A stretch of 64,000 nt of DNA, from contig CAYUFS010000024.1 in the NCBI GenBank assembly GCA_964443975.1, positions 4,450-68,449 on the forward strand, in the 5' to 3' direction. A program made the position numbers and the translations under genes. The notes under the pieces are model-generated. The model did no database searches, was not told the DNA's origin, and was given only the letters and a program-made list of their open reading frames with translations. Positions 10,571 through 20,359 of this stretch are shown here, piece by piece. The DNA is from an uncultured Myxococcales bacterium (GTDB lineage: Bacteria; Myxococcota_A; Polyangia; Fen-1088). Numbering within the stretch: the stretch's first letter is position 1; every line of letters starts with the position of its first letter.

Positions 10571-12343
10571 ATGGCAGGGGGCGACGGCCGGCCGGAACTG
10601 ACCCGGCGGGAGCGCGAGGTGGTGATCGAGCTCTGTCGGCCCAGTGTCGCGCCGACAGCCCTGGCGTTCACCGAGCCGGCGACCGTGCGCGAGATCGCCG
10701 AGCGCCTGTTCGTGAGCGAGGCCGCCGTCAAGCAGCACCTGTTGCGGCTGTACGACAAGTTCGACATCGCCGAAGGCGTCGAGCAACGACGTCTTCGACT
10801 GGCGAACGAAGTCTTCTCTCGTGGCGTCCTGACGCCCGCCGACCTCGGGGCCGCGCCACCGCTGGCTCCCCCGGCCTGGCCCATGACCGTCCCGGGCGCC
10901 CATGGGCCAGCAGCCCCGAACGGGGCCACCGTCTCGATCGCCGCAGCGCGCGCATCGTTCGCGCGCCGCGCCTGGGCCGAGGCCTATGCGCAATTGCAGG
11001 CAATGAATACAGCCGGAGATCTGCGTACCGGTGACGATCTCGCAATGTTGGGGGACGCGGCGTTGTGGTGCGGAAAGATGCAAGAATCTACGGACGTCCG
11101 CCTGCGGGCGCATGCCGCCTACGTCGAGAGTGGGAACTCGGCGCGCGCGGCGCTGGTGGCGCTGGACCTGACGTTCAACTACGCCGTACGCATGAAGATG
11201 GCCGTCGCAGCGGGCTGGTTGGCCAAAGCACGACGGCACGTCGAGCCGCTGCCGGAAGGACGCGAACACGGACATGTCTTCATTTACGAAGCGATCTTGT
11301 GTCTGGGCCAGGGGCAGGCGGACGCGGCCTACGAGTTGGCCAGCGCCGGGCTAACCATAGGCCGACGATATGGCGACCGCGACGTGGAAGCTCTGGGCCT
11401 CGCCCTCCAGGGAGGCGCCTTGGCGCTGCAGGGCCAGCTGGACCCGGCGATGGCGCTGTTCGATGAGGCGATGGCCAGCGCCGCCGGGGGCGAGCTCGGG
11501 CCTGCGGCGACGGGGCTGGTCTATTGCCGGACGCTGTGCTCCTGCCTCGATCTGTTCCAGTACCGGCGCGCGTTCGAGTGGACCGAAGTGGTGCGGGAAT
11601 GCCGAGAGACCGCCGAAAATGGCGGCTTCGGCGGGTGCCGAGCCCACCTGGCAACGGTCCTGGCCATTCGCGGGGAATCGGCGGCGGCCGAGGTGGAGGC
11701 GTTGGCCGCCGGCGCGGATGGCGAGAGCTTCGATCTGATGCACGTGGGAATGGCGTCGTACGCGCTGGGCGAGCTGCGGTTGCGTTCGGGCGACCTGGCG
11801 GGAGCGGAGGCTTCGTTCCGTCGCGCCCACGACATTGGCGGCGTGGCGGAGCCTGGTCTCTCGTTGTTGCTGCTGGCGCGCGGGGACACCGCGGGAGCAC
11901 TGGCCGGCATTGGAACGGCGCTGGCAGAAACGATGGGTCTGCCCGTGCTGCGCGCGCGGTTGCTTCCGGCGCGCATCGAGATCGCGCTGGCAGCCGGACA
12001 GATCGACCTGGCGCGCGCTGCCGTGCGCGAGCTGCACGAGATCGCGGATATCGTGCGGATCCGGGCCGTGGAAGCGGCAGCCGCCCAGGGCCAGGGCGCT
12101 CTCTCGTTGGCGGAGGACGAACTGGACACTGCCATCACCCACCTCCGCAAGAGCTACCGATTGTGGATGGAGGTCGACGCCGCCTATCCGGTGGCGCGTG
12201 CCCGACTCGACTGCGGCCGCGCCCTGAAGAAGCGCGGCGATCGACAGGGCGCTCACCTCGAGCTGGAGTCGGCGCGCGCCGGCTTCGAACGAATCGGCGC
12301 CGGTCCTGACGCCGGACGCGCCCGTGCCCTGCTCGCGGGCTGA
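10571..12343 (+). CDS. LuxR-family transcriptional regulator with an N-terminal HTH and a long TPR-like helical domain
   Basis: LTRREREVVIEL...TVREIAERLFVSEAAVKQHLLRLYDKF is a LuxR/GerE HTH at the N-terminus. About 480 aa of Ala/Leu-rich helical repeats follow. Confidence 0.6.
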   Translation: MAGGDGRPELTRREREVVIELCRPSVAPTALAFTEPATVREIAERLFVSEAAVKQHLLRLYDKFDIAEGVEQRRLRLANEVFSRGVLTPADLGAAPPLAPPAWPMTVPGAHGPAAPNGATVSIAAARASFARRAWAEAYAQLQAMNTAGDLRTGDDLAMLGDAALWCGKMQESTDVRLRAHAAYVESGNSARAALVALDLTFNYAVRMKMAVAAGWLAKARRHVEPLPEGREHGHVFIYEAILCLGQGQADAAYELASAGLTIGRRYGDRDVEALGLALQGGALALQGQLDPAMALFDEAMASAAGGELGPAATGLVYCRTLCSCLDLFQYRRAFEWTEVVRECRETAENGGFGGCRAHLATVLAIRGESAAAEVEALAAGADGESFDLMHVGMASYALGELRLRSGDLAGAEASFRRAHDIGGVAEPGLSLLLLARGDTAGALAGIGTALAETMGLPVLRARLLPARIEIALAAGQIDLARAAVRELHEIADIVRIRAVEAAAAQGQGALSLAEDELDTAITHLRKSYRLWMEVDAAYPVARARLDCGRALKKRGDRQGAHLELESARAGFERIGAGPDAGRARALLAG

Positions 12344-12559
12344 TCGGTCCGGCCGGGTTCTGCGCCTCTCGCGCGGTCATTCGCCTCCGAGGACCCTTAC
12401 CTCGGGGTAAGGGAAAAAGCGCCTCCTCGGCAGGAAAATGTCACCTCCAGGGCTATTCCGCGGTCCCACCCCGTCGAATAGGGTGCCTTCATCGCGGCGA
12501 GATTGAGCGCGAAGCTCATTCCTCGGTTCGCGGCACAAACGCTACGCGGGAGGATTCCG

Positions 12560-12883
12560 ATGCCGAAGTTCCTGTTGAAGGTCGCCTACAATGCCGAGGG
12601 TACCAAGGGTCTGCTGAAGGAGGGGGGCAGCGCTCGACGCGCGACGGTCGCCGAGATGATCAGCGCCCAAGGCGGAAAGCTGGAGACGTTCCTCTACGCG
12701 CCCGGCGGAACCACCGTGTACGCCATCTCCGATCTGCCGGACAACGTGACCGCCACCGCGCTGACGCTGGTCATCCGCGCGAGCGGGCTCATGGATGTGC
12801 TCGAGTCCATTCCGCTCGTGTCTCCGGAGGAGATCGATCAAGCCGCCAGGAAGGTCATCAACTACCGGTCGCCTGGAAAGTAG
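12560..12883 (+). CDS. GYD domain-containing protein
   Basis: MPKFLLKVAYNAEGTKGLLKEGGSARRATVAEMISAQGGKLETFLYAPGG...YAISDLPDNVTATALTLVIRASG matches the GYD family (PF08734). Confidence 0.8.
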   Translation: MPKFLLKVAYNAEGTKGLLKEGGSARRATVAEMISAQGGKLETFLYAPGGTTVYAISDLPDNVTATALTLVIRASGLMDVLESIPLVSPEEIDQAARKVINYRSPGK

Positions 12884-12894
12884 TGGGAAGGAAG

Positions 12895-12919
12895 GACGGG
12901 CGCCATTGGGGCGCCCGTC
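12895..12919. terminator. perfect 10-bp stem / 5-nt loop hairpin between convergent genes; candidate bidirectional terminator
   Basis: GACGGGCGCC-attgg-GGCGCCCGTC lies 12 nt after the GYD stop and 39 nt before the stop of the minus-strand gene. Confidence 0.45.
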
Positions 12920-12957
12920 GGCTCTCTCGTCGCCACGGTTTGCGGCGATCAGAGCCG

Positions 12958-13758
12958 TCAGCCGAGCCCGGCGGCCCGCGCGAGTAGAAATAGTCCGGTT
13001 CCGACGAAGACGGCGCCGGAGCCTCGTGCGACGCGCTCGCCGGCCGGGGCGACGCGCTCGACGGTGATTGCGGCCGCCACGACGACCATCGTGCGCAGGT
13101 CCATGACCCCGATGCAGAGGAGGATCGCCATAAGGTCGGCGCAGCAGCGGCTGCAGCGGGCGCCGAGGCGGAGGCCGTGTCGCCACGCCGTGCCGACATC
13201 GGCCGGCAACGTGCGGCCGCACCCCGGCACCTCCCGGCAGCAGGCGAGCTGGCGTGCTTTCCACGCGGTCAGCTGGAGGAGACCCGCGAGCAACACCACC
13301 GCGGCGACGGCGGATGGAACGGCACGCGCGAGCGACGGCTGCTGCATCTCGAGTGCCGCCAGCGCGACGCCGAGCGGAAAGGCGGCCATCCCGAGCAGCG
13401 TCCAGACGAAGAAGTAGCCGACGCCCACAGCGACGGTCAGACGGCCGAGTCGTGCCTCTGCGGCGCCGCCGACGGCTGCGCGGTAGCTCCGCAGCATCGG
13501 GAGCAGCGACGGCAGCATCATCGCCACCATCATCACCACCCACATGCCGAGGAACGAGGCCGCCGCGCCGGGCCACGTCTGTCCGGGCATCCGCATCCAC
13601 GCCATCGACATCGTCCAGCCGCCGGGCATCGGCATTCCGGCCATTGCCGAGCCTGACATCGACGCGCACCAACCGATCGTTCCCGCCACGCTGCCGGCGA
13701 ACAGCAGCGTCGAGACGCCCCGGAAGGCTGGCCGCTCAGCGCTTGTCGTACTCGTCAT
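12958..13758 (-). CDS. DUF2182 family predicted metal-binding integral membrane protein
   Basis: Multi-TM protein whose MWVVMMVAMMLPSLLP motif is typical of DUF2182. Its start overlaps the stop of the upstream DUF899 gene by 20 nt. Confidence 0.7.
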   Translation of the reverse strand: MTSTTSAERPAFRGVSTLLFAGSVAGTIGWCASMSGSAMAGMPMPGGWTMSMAWMRMPGQTWPGAAASFLGMWVVMMVAMMLPSLLPMLRSYRAAVGGAAEARLGRLTVAVGVGYFFVWTLLGMAAFPLGVALAALEMQQPSLARAVPSAVAAVVLLAGLLQLTAWKARQLACCREVPGCGRTLPADVGTAWRHGLRLGARCSRCCADLMAILLCIGVMDLRTMVVVAAAITVERVAPAGERVARGSGAVFVGTGLFLLARAAGLG

Positions 13759-14524
13759 GACGGCGCCACCAGAGTCCCGTCTCGTTGCGTCCCTTGGGTG
13801 CGCGGTCGAGCCACTGGTACATGCCCCAGAGCCCGTCCAGCCCACGCGCGTAGGCAGAGTAGGTGTGGTAGACGGCGCCGTCCTCGAGCACGAACGCGCT
13901 CATCCCCGGCCGCTCGCGGAAGAACGTCGGCCAGTCGGTGCCGACGCCCGCGGCGATCGCGGAGCCGATCACTCCCCCGCCCGACTCCGCCACCGCCTTC
14001 TCGTCTTGCGGTGTGAAGTTGTACTCCCCCACGCGCGATCGCTGCTGCTCCTCGGTGATCCCCACCCCGAAGTCGTAGTTGAAGTCGCCTCCGAACGACG
14101 ACGCCCAGGGGAAGCTCCAGCCCATGCGCCGCTTGTAGGCCTGTACCTTTGCGAGCGGCGCGCGTGACACCGCGGTCAGCATGACGTCGTGGTTCGCGAG
14201 GTGGACGGCGAAGCCGTTGAATCCGTCGGCGATCGCCGAGCACGACGGGCAACCAGCCTTGTAGTCCGGCCCCAGCATGAAGTGGTAGACGAGGAGCTGG
14301 GAGCGCCCCTGAAAGAGGTCCGCCAGCGACGCGCTCCCCGCGTCGGTGTCGAATCGGTACTCCTTGTCGACCCGCACCCAGGGAAGCTCCCGCCGTCGGC
14401 GCGCCAGCTCGTCGCTCTTCCGGGTCAGCTCCTTCTCCGCCTCGAGCAGCTCGACCCGCGCCGCGCGCCACTCCGCCCGTGTCCCCTTGAGGTGCTTAGG
14501 TTCGTTCGTTGGCGTCGTTGACAT
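13736..14524 (-). CDS. DUF899 family thioredoxin-like protein
   Basis: LLVYHFMLGPDYKAGCPSCS is the conserved CxxC core. N-terminal coiled region. Start taken at MSTTPT. Confidence 0.75.
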   Translation of the reverse strand: MSTTPTNEPKHLKGTRAEWRAARVELLEAEKELTRKSDELARRRRELPWVRVDKEYRFDTDAGSASLADLFQGRSQLLVYHFMLGPDYKAGCPSCSAIADGFNGFAVHLANHDVMLTAVSRAPLAKVQAYKRRMGWSFPWASSFGGDFNYDFGVGITEEQQRSRVGEYNFTPQDEKAVAESGGGVIGSAIAAGVGTDWPTFFRERPGMSAFVLEDGAVYHTYSAYARGLDGLWGMYQWLDRAPKGRNETGLWWRRHDEYDKR

Positions 14525-14837
14525 CTTGCGCTCCTTCGTCCGTTTCCGTCCGACCACCTAGGAATATCTCCTTCGCGCCGACGAACGGCAAGATTGAGCT
14601 CGCAATGCACTGCCGGGGGCCGGCCGCCTCGTCGACCTCAGCACCTGCGCTCTCAGAGCCGCGCCGTCTCAACAAAACGCCGATCCGGCCGCCGGGACAC
14701 GTCGAATCGGTTCAGGAAATCGTGCAGCCGTCGCGGGTGCATCGGTGAGGTGCTCGACGCGGCGGCGCCGGCCGAATCGACGCACGCCTGAAACGCGCCC
14801 CGGGGCTGGTAGTATCCGGAAAAGACGGGAGCTCACG

Positions 14838-15308
14838 ATGAGAACGGTTGCAGCGGCAGTGTTCGTGTTGGGACTCTGGGGCCTTGCGGCCGGTTGCGGC
14901 GGCACGACCGCGACGGGCGGCGCCGGCGGCGTCGGCGCCGCGGGGAAGGGCGGGGCGTCGGGGTCGGCTGGGGCGGGTGGCTCCGGCACCGGCGGCGGCG
15001 CGACGGGCACGATGGCGATCACCCGGTGCGACATCGACATGCCGGCGACGCAGGACATCCCCGAATACAAGGAGTGCATCGAGTACGCTGCGGGGTACAC
15101 GGCCAGCGCGGACAAAGGATGCGCCATCTTGAAAGGGACGTATTCGACGGGCCCGTGCGATCTCACGGGCTCCGTCGGCGGCTGCAAGCAGGTCATCGGC
15201 GCCGGGACGATGACGAGCTATTACTACATGTCGCCGGTGCTCGACGCCCTGGGCGTCATGAACCAGTGCCTGGCCGACGGCAACGCGACCTACGTCGCCG
15301 CGCCCTGA
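14838..15308 (+). CDS. small secreted lipoprotein, hypothetical (Gly-rich linker then a Cys-containing domain)
   Basis: Signal MRTVAAAVFVLGLWGLAAGCGG, then a G/A/T linker, then a 100-aa domain with 6 Cys. Confidence 0.6.
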   Translation: MRTVAAAVFVLGLWGLAAGCGGTTATGGAGGVGAAGKGGASGSAGAGGSGTGGGATGTMAITRCDIDMPATQDIPEYKECIEYAAGYTASADKGCAILKGTYSTGPCDLTGSVGGCKQVIGAGTMTSYYYMSPVLDALGVMNQCLADGNATYVAAP

Positions 15309-15373
15309 CGCCCGCTCGAAAGATCACGCGCAAGAGTTTGGACCTTTCCGCACGACGCCGTCACTGCCCCCCG

Positions 15374-16042
15374 ATGATGGACCGTCGATCCGATTTCGCC
15401 CGCGTCATGGCGATGATGCCTCGCGCGACGGCAGCGCTGGCGCTCGCAGCGATCGTCGCATCGTGCGCGGTCGGCTGTTCGAGGGGGGACGCCGGGCCTC
15501 TCGCGACGGGCTCTGGCGGAGCAGGCGACGGCTCGGTCGGGATCGGCGAATGCCAGGCGTGTGGACCGGGTCTCGTCTGCGAGCGCGGCGGGACTCCGAG
15601 CTGCGCCGACCCGCTCTGGGCCGAGTGGCCCATGTCGAACGCGCTGACGGACGTGGCGGCCGGGGCTCCGAACCCGGAGAACTACACGGACAACTCCGAC
15701 GGCACCGTGACCGACAATGTGACCTCGCTCGTATGGCAGCAGTCGGTGCCCGCCGAGACGGTCACTCAGGCGGAGGCGCTCGCCTATTGCGCGAGCTCGA
15801 GCTTGGCCGGACACGTCGACTGGCGCCTTCCGTCCTACGTCGAGCTGTTCTCGATCGTCGACCCGAGCACGTTCAATCCGAGCATCAATGGCTCGGTGTT
15901 CCCGTCCACACCCGCGGATTATTCGTGGACGTCGACCCTGCACGCTGGGAGCTCCGACTATGCGTGGGCTGTCGACTTCACCAGCGGCGACCCCTTGAGC
16001 ATCGTGGTGTCCTCGACGAAGTACGTTCGCTGCGTGCGTTGA
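15374..16042 (+). CDS. DUF1566 (Lcl C-terminal domain) lipoprotein
   Basis: Signal with lipobox (IVASCAVGCS). LVWQQ...WRLPSYVELFSIVD...YVRCVR is the DUF1566 signature. Confidence 0.75.
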   Translation: MMDRRSDFARVMAMMPRATAALALAAIVASCAVGCSRGDAGPLATGSGGAGDGSVGIGECQACGPGLVCERGGTPSCADPLWAEWPMSNALTDVAAGAPNPENYTDNSDGTVTDNVTSLVWQQSVPAETVTQAEALAYCASSSLAGHVDWRLPSYVELFSIVDPSTFNPSINGSVFPSTPADYSWTSTLHAGSSDYAWAVDFTSGDPLSIVVSSTKYVRCVR

Positions 16043-16050
16043 GTCTCGAG

Positions 16051-16548
16051 ATGCGCCACCTGAGGCTCAGCCAGACGACGATAGGGCGCTCATTCACGCG
16101 GCGCCGTCGTGCCGGTCTCGCGAGCGTCGTGGTCGTCGTCGGTGGTCTGGCGATTGCGGCCGCAGGCAGCGCCGTCGCGCCCACCGGTCGTTACACGATC
16201 GACCACGGCGCGGTCACCGACGTGAAGACGAAGCTCACCTGGCAGCAGGCGATCTCGTCGACGATCTACACACAGGCCGACGCGGCCACCGCCTGCGCGA
16301 CCCTGAGCCTGAACGGGGGAGGCTGGCGCCTGCCGACAGTCAAGGAGCTCGTCACACTGGTGGACGTCTCCGTGGCCTCCGGGCCGACCATTGACTCAAC
16401 CGCGTTTCCAGATACGCCGAGTGGCCCTTTCTGGTCCGCGACACCGTCGGCCGAGGTCGCGGGCGACGCGTGGGCGGTCTACTTCTCCGGTGGCAACGCC
16501 TACAGGGACGAGATCTCGAACTCGGACTACGTTCGCTGCGTGCGGTGA
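16051..16548 (+). CDS. DUF1566 domain protein, tandem paralogue
   Basis: TWQQA...WRLPTVKELVTLVD...YVRCVR. Starts 9 nt after the previous stop. Confidence 0.75.
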   Translation: MRHLRLSQTTIGRSFTRRRRAGLASVVVVVGGLAIAAAGSAVAPTGRYTIDHGAVTDVKTKLTWQQAISSTIYTQADAATACATLSLNGGGWRLPTVKELVTLVDVSVASGPTIDSTAFPDTPSGPFWSATPSAEVAGDAWAVYFSGGNAYRDEISNSDYVRCVR

Positions 16549-16713
16549 TCGAGAGGAGCAGAAGGCAATCTTCAGGAGACAGGTGGCGAATCCGCGACCT
16601 CGCTCACCCATGGTCGAGGGTCCGCGAAAAGTACGGCGCGATACCCTGGCCACGGGGTAGGCTTCCGCGCGCTCGCTCCCTTGCGCGCAACCTGCGGAAA
16701 GCGAGGATCTTCA

Positions 16714-18072
16714 ATGTCGATGGAAGGCAAGTACGCTTCGGTCCTGGCGCTCATCGTTGCAGGGTGGTCCGCCGAGGCTTGCACCAGCACGAGCAAGTCC
16801 AGCGTCGGTGGGACGGGCGGTGGTGGTCGAGCCGGCAGCCCGGGTACCTTGGCCACGGGCGGTGCCGCCGAAACCGGCGGCAGCGTCAGCAGCGGCGGGC
16901 AGACGAGCGTGGGCGGCGCGAGCGGAGGAAGCGCGGGGACCGGCGCGACCACGACGACGACGACGATGGCCGGTGGTTCAACCGGCGCAGGCGGTGGAGA
17001 GCCCAGCGCTGGGACAGCCGGCGGCGGAACCCCCAGCGCTGGGGCTACGGGCGGCTCCGTCAGCGACGGCGGTGCCCGCCAAGACGCTGGCGTGGTCTCA
17101 GAAACGGGCGGCGCCACCGGCAATGGTGGCGCACGTCCGGATGCCAGCGTGGACAGCGCCACCGGCGAATCCGACGCCAGCACGGGTACGGGCGCCGGGG
17201 GAAAGACCGGTGCGGCGCAGACGATCAAGAACATCAACTACGCGGGCACCTCATCCGCATCGCAGACGCTCGATCTGCTTCTGCCCGCCAATGCGCGGTT
17301 GCCTCTGCCGCTGGTCGTCCGGATCCACGGCGGCGGGTTCAGCAGCGGCGACAAGTCGGGTGAGGAGTCGGGCACGACGGCGAGCGCGATTCTGGCCAAG
17401 GGGTACGCCCTGGCCGGCGTGAACTACCGCCTGTCGGGCCAAGCGCTCTTCCCCGCCGGAGCTCAAGACATCAAGGCTTCCGTGCGCTGGTTGCGCGCTC
17501 ACGCCGCCCAATACGGATTGGACACCGACCGCTTTGCCTGCTGGGGCGAATCGGCGGGCGGCTACATGGTCGCGATGCTCGGGGTAACCGGGGATCAAGC
17601 CACCGTCTTCGACGACGACTCCTTGGGCAACCCAGGGGTCTCGAGCGCCGTCGCCGCCGTGGTGGATTGGTATGGCCCGACGGATCTCGCGATGATGGAC
17701 AGCCAGCAGATGGCCAGCCCTCCCGCCAGTTGCCCGACCAGTTGGTTGCAGCACACGCCGGCGACATCTCCCGAGGGTCAATGGCTGGGCGGCGCGCTCA
17801 ATAACGCCGCGGTTGCCGCGAAGCTCGCACAGGCAAACCTGGTCGGGTACGTCGCGACGGCCAGGACGCTGCCGCTCTTCATCATCGCCCATGGCAACGA
17901 CGACTGTAACGTGCCGTGGGCGCAATCCCAGGAGCTGAAGGACGCGCTGGCAAAGGTGGGGAACACGGCCAACCTGACCGTCATCCCGGGTTACTCGCAC
18001 GGCGACGGCCGGTTCGAGACCACGCAGACCGCGCCAGACCTGACCTTGCTCGCCGCGCATTTCGGACGCTGA
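16714..18072 (+). CDS. alpha/beta-hydrolase fold esterase/lipase lipoprotein with a Gly/Thr-rich linker
   Basis: Lipobox (AEACTST). VVRIHGGGFSSGDK is the HGGG oxyanion motif. CWGESAGG is the GxSxG nucleophile elbow. Catalytic His near the C-terminus (GYSHGDG). Confidence 0.8.
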   Translation: MSMEGKYASVLALIVAGWSAEACTSTSKSSVGGTGGGGRAGSPGTLATGGAAETGGSVSSGGQTSVGGASGGSAGTGATTTTTTMAGGSTGAGGGEPSAGTAGGGTPSAGATGGSVSDGGARQDAGVVSETGGATGNGGARPDASVDSATGESDASTGTGAGGKTGAAQTIKNINYAGTSSASQTLDLLLPANARLPLPLVVRIHGGGFSSGDKSGEESGTTASAILAKGYALAGVNYRLSGQALFPAGAQDIKASVRWLRAHAAQYGLDTDRFACWGESAGGYMVAMLGVTGDQATVFDDDSLGNPGVSSAVAAVVDWYGPTDLAMMDSQQMASPPASCPTSWLQHTPATSPEGQWLGGALNNAAVAAKLAQANLVGYVATARTLPLFIIAHGNDDCNVPWAQSQELKDALAKVGNTANLTVIPGYSHGDGRFETTQTAPDLTLLAAHFGR

Positions 18073-18187
18073 CAGCGCGCTTGGTGGCAGATTCGCTGCA
18101 GCCCACGCCGCTGGGTGCGGCTCGTCGAGCACAAGACGATCGGCCGCCAGATCGGGAATAGATCTCTCCTCGCTCGTTCAGTCCTGC

Positions 18188-19564
18188 ATGAATGGATCAT
18201 CTCGCCCGGGGGCGGCCCGATCCTTGGCCCTGGCCTTTCTCCTCTCGGTAGGTCTCGAAGGCCGAGCGCGAGCCACCCCACCCTGTGCCGCCACCGCGAC
18301 CTGCATCGACGTGACCGGCAGCGGGAACGCGTCTCCGACCGGGCTGTTCGTCGCCTCCTGCGCCGGGAGATTTCCGGATTTCATCGTGCGCAAGGACTCG
18401 CTGCCCGCGGGGTACGCCGGTCCGGTGTTCAAGCTCTCGCAGGACTACCCCACGAAGGCGCCACCGGCGGAGGCGGCGCCCTGGGCGACGATCAATTTCA
18501 AGACAAACGCAACCGGCTACCTGGTCGCGCTGCGCGAGTATGCGTTCGACGGAATGATCGGGGCGGACTTTCGTCCGGAGAACAACACCGTCCGGAAATG
18601 GTTCAACGTCCCTTACCTGACCTATGGCGGCAACGCACGGGAGGCGGTGCACGGTCTGACCTCGGAGCGGATTCTCAATCCGCCCGAGCTCGGCCTCACG
18701 AAGCCGGCACACAACTTCGCCATCGGCTTCTACAATGCGCCCGGGGGCTATGCGCTCGGAAAGATCTGGAAGGACCCGCGGAAGCCAAGCCCTGCAGCCG
18801 CGAAGTTCGCGAACGGCACGATGGTATTCAAGATTCTCTTCACGGACGCGGACGCAGCAAACTTTCCGGCCGGCAAGAACATCACCGCCGGCGCGCCCGC
18901 GTGGACGATCGGCGTGAAGGGGGCCCTTCAAACCGTGCGGCTCTTGCAGATGGACGTTGCCGTGCGTGACCCCCGCTCTGCCACCGGATGGGTGTACGGG
19001 ACGTTTGCCTACGACGCGGCGGCGACGGGCCCGGACGCCTGGCACAAGATGCAGCCGGTCGGCCTCATGTTCGGCGACGACCCAAAGTACACGGCGGCCG
19101 ATCAAGCCGCGAACAAGCCGCTCAAGGAGACGATTGTCAGCCCGTCGGCGCCGGCCTACGCGCTCGCGCACCTCGGCGCGCAAGGGCGAATGAACGGACC
19201 AGTGGACAATCCAGTGTCGTCGTGCATCAGCTGTCACTCCACGGCGGAATACCCCATCGAGAACATTGCCAACATTCTGCCCTTCGGCTCGTGCAACACC
19301 GACGCCAAACGCCTGCTTTGGTTTCGCGATCTCAAGCCGAGCCAGTCGTTTGGCGCCGTCGACAAGACCTCGTGCACCCTCACCATGGGCCCGCCGGGGC
19401 TGAAGCCGCTCGGCACGTCCCTGCAGGTACTGGTGGCCCTCCACCAGCAGCTCGACAACAGCGGCACCAACCCGTGCCTGCCCCCAATCCCGGCTGTCCA
19501 CAATGCGCTCGCGCGCGCGCCGGCCGGGGACGAGATTGTGGACCGCCAACCGATCAACCGATAA
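18188..19564 (+). CDS. secreted hypothetical protein with a single CXXCH (CISCH) motif
   Basis: Signal peptide and balanced composition. The SSCISCHSTAEYP heme-c-type motif sits near the C-terminus. Confidence 0.6.
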   Translation: MNGSSRPGAARSLALAFLLSVGLEGRARATPPCAATATCIDVTGSGNASPTGLFVASCAGRFPDFIVRKDSLPAGYAGPVFKLSQDYPTKAPPAEAAPWATINFKTNATGYLVALREYAFDGMIGADFRPENNTVRKWFNVPYLTYGGNAREAVHGLTSERILNPPELGLTKPAHNFAIGFYNAPGGYALGKIWKDPRKPSPAAAKFANGTMVFKILFTDADAANFPAGKNITAGAPAWTIGVKGALQTVRLLQMDVAVRDPRSATGWVYGTFAYDAAATGPDAWHKMQPVGLMFGDDPKYTAADQAANKPLKETIVSPSAPAYALAHLGAQGRMNGPVDNPVSSCISCHSTAEYPIENIANILPFGSCNTDAKRLLWFRDLKPSQSFGAVDKTSCTLTMGPPGLKPLGTSLQVLVALHQQLDNSGTNPCLPPIPAVHNALARAPAGDEIVDRQPINR

Positions 19565-19730
19565 CCAAATGGCGGTTCGCCGACGGCCTTTCCGACACGA
19601 CGGCGGGTCGCGGGGGATGGTCGGATGCCTCTTGCAGCACCGGAGCGGCTTGTCGGCGCGGTCGCCTGAGCTCGGCGAGGCGTTCGAGACCTATCTGTCT
19701 CACGAGCTCTCGACCTGGATCGACTAAACC

Positions 19731-19958
19731 AGCCCGTGCCGCTCGCCTACTGGCGTTCGACGTCCAACTTCGAGGTCGACTTCGTGCTCGGCGGTAGACC
19801 GCCGTCGAGGTGAAAGGCAAGAGCCTCGTCGCGGAGCGCGATCTGCGGGGCTGCGGGCCCTTCGTGAGCAGGGACTGCTCAAGCACCACGTGATGGTTTG
19901 CCTCGAGTCACGGCCCCGGCGCGTCGACGGCATCGAGATCCTTCCTGGAAGGACTGAG
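19731..19958 (+). pseudogene. frameshifted C-terminal remnant of a DUF4143-family AAA+ ATPase
   Basis: PVPLAYWRSTSNFEVDFVLGG...IEVKGKSLVAERDLRGLRALREQGLLKHHVMVCLESRPRRVDGIEILPG can be read only by switching frames twice. This is the typical C-terminus of the DUF4143 ATPase family. Confidence 0.5.
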
Positions 19959-20017
19959 CCGGCGGCACGATGCCGAGGCCTGGCGTCCGGCGGGATCGCG
20001 GTGCAAGATGAGTCGCC

Positions 20018-20359
20018 ATGAGCCTGAAGGACAGGAGCTGCAAACCTTGCAAGAAGGGCGCGCCTCCACTGGGTGAGCCCGAGATCGCGCTGCTGGCCCC
20101 CGAGGTCAGGGACTGGACCGTCAGCGCCCCGGACCCCGCGAAGCCGCGCCGGCTCGACCGACGTTTCGAGTTCAAGAATTTCCTGGGATCCATGGCGTTC
20201 TTGAATCTCGTGGCCGGCCTGGCCGAGGCCGAGCAGCACCATCCAGACCTCTGCGTTCACTACAACCGCGTCGACGTGTCACTGTCCACGCACGACGTGA
20301 ACGGCCTCTCCGAGAACGACTTCATCCTGGCCGCCAAGATCGACGCCGCGATCGCTTGA
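20018..20359 (+). CDS. phhB: pterin-4a-carbinolamine dehydratase (PCD/DCoH)
   Basis: The EQHHPD motif and ...NRVDVSLSTHDVNGLSENDFILAAKID are conserved PCD signatures. Size 113 aa. Confidence 0.85.
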   Translation: MSLKDRSCKPCKKGAPPLGEPEIALLAPEVRDWTVSAPDPAKPRRLDRRFEFKNFLGSMAFLNLVAGLAEAEQHHPDLCVHYNRVDVSLSTHDVNGLSENDFILAAKIDAAIA

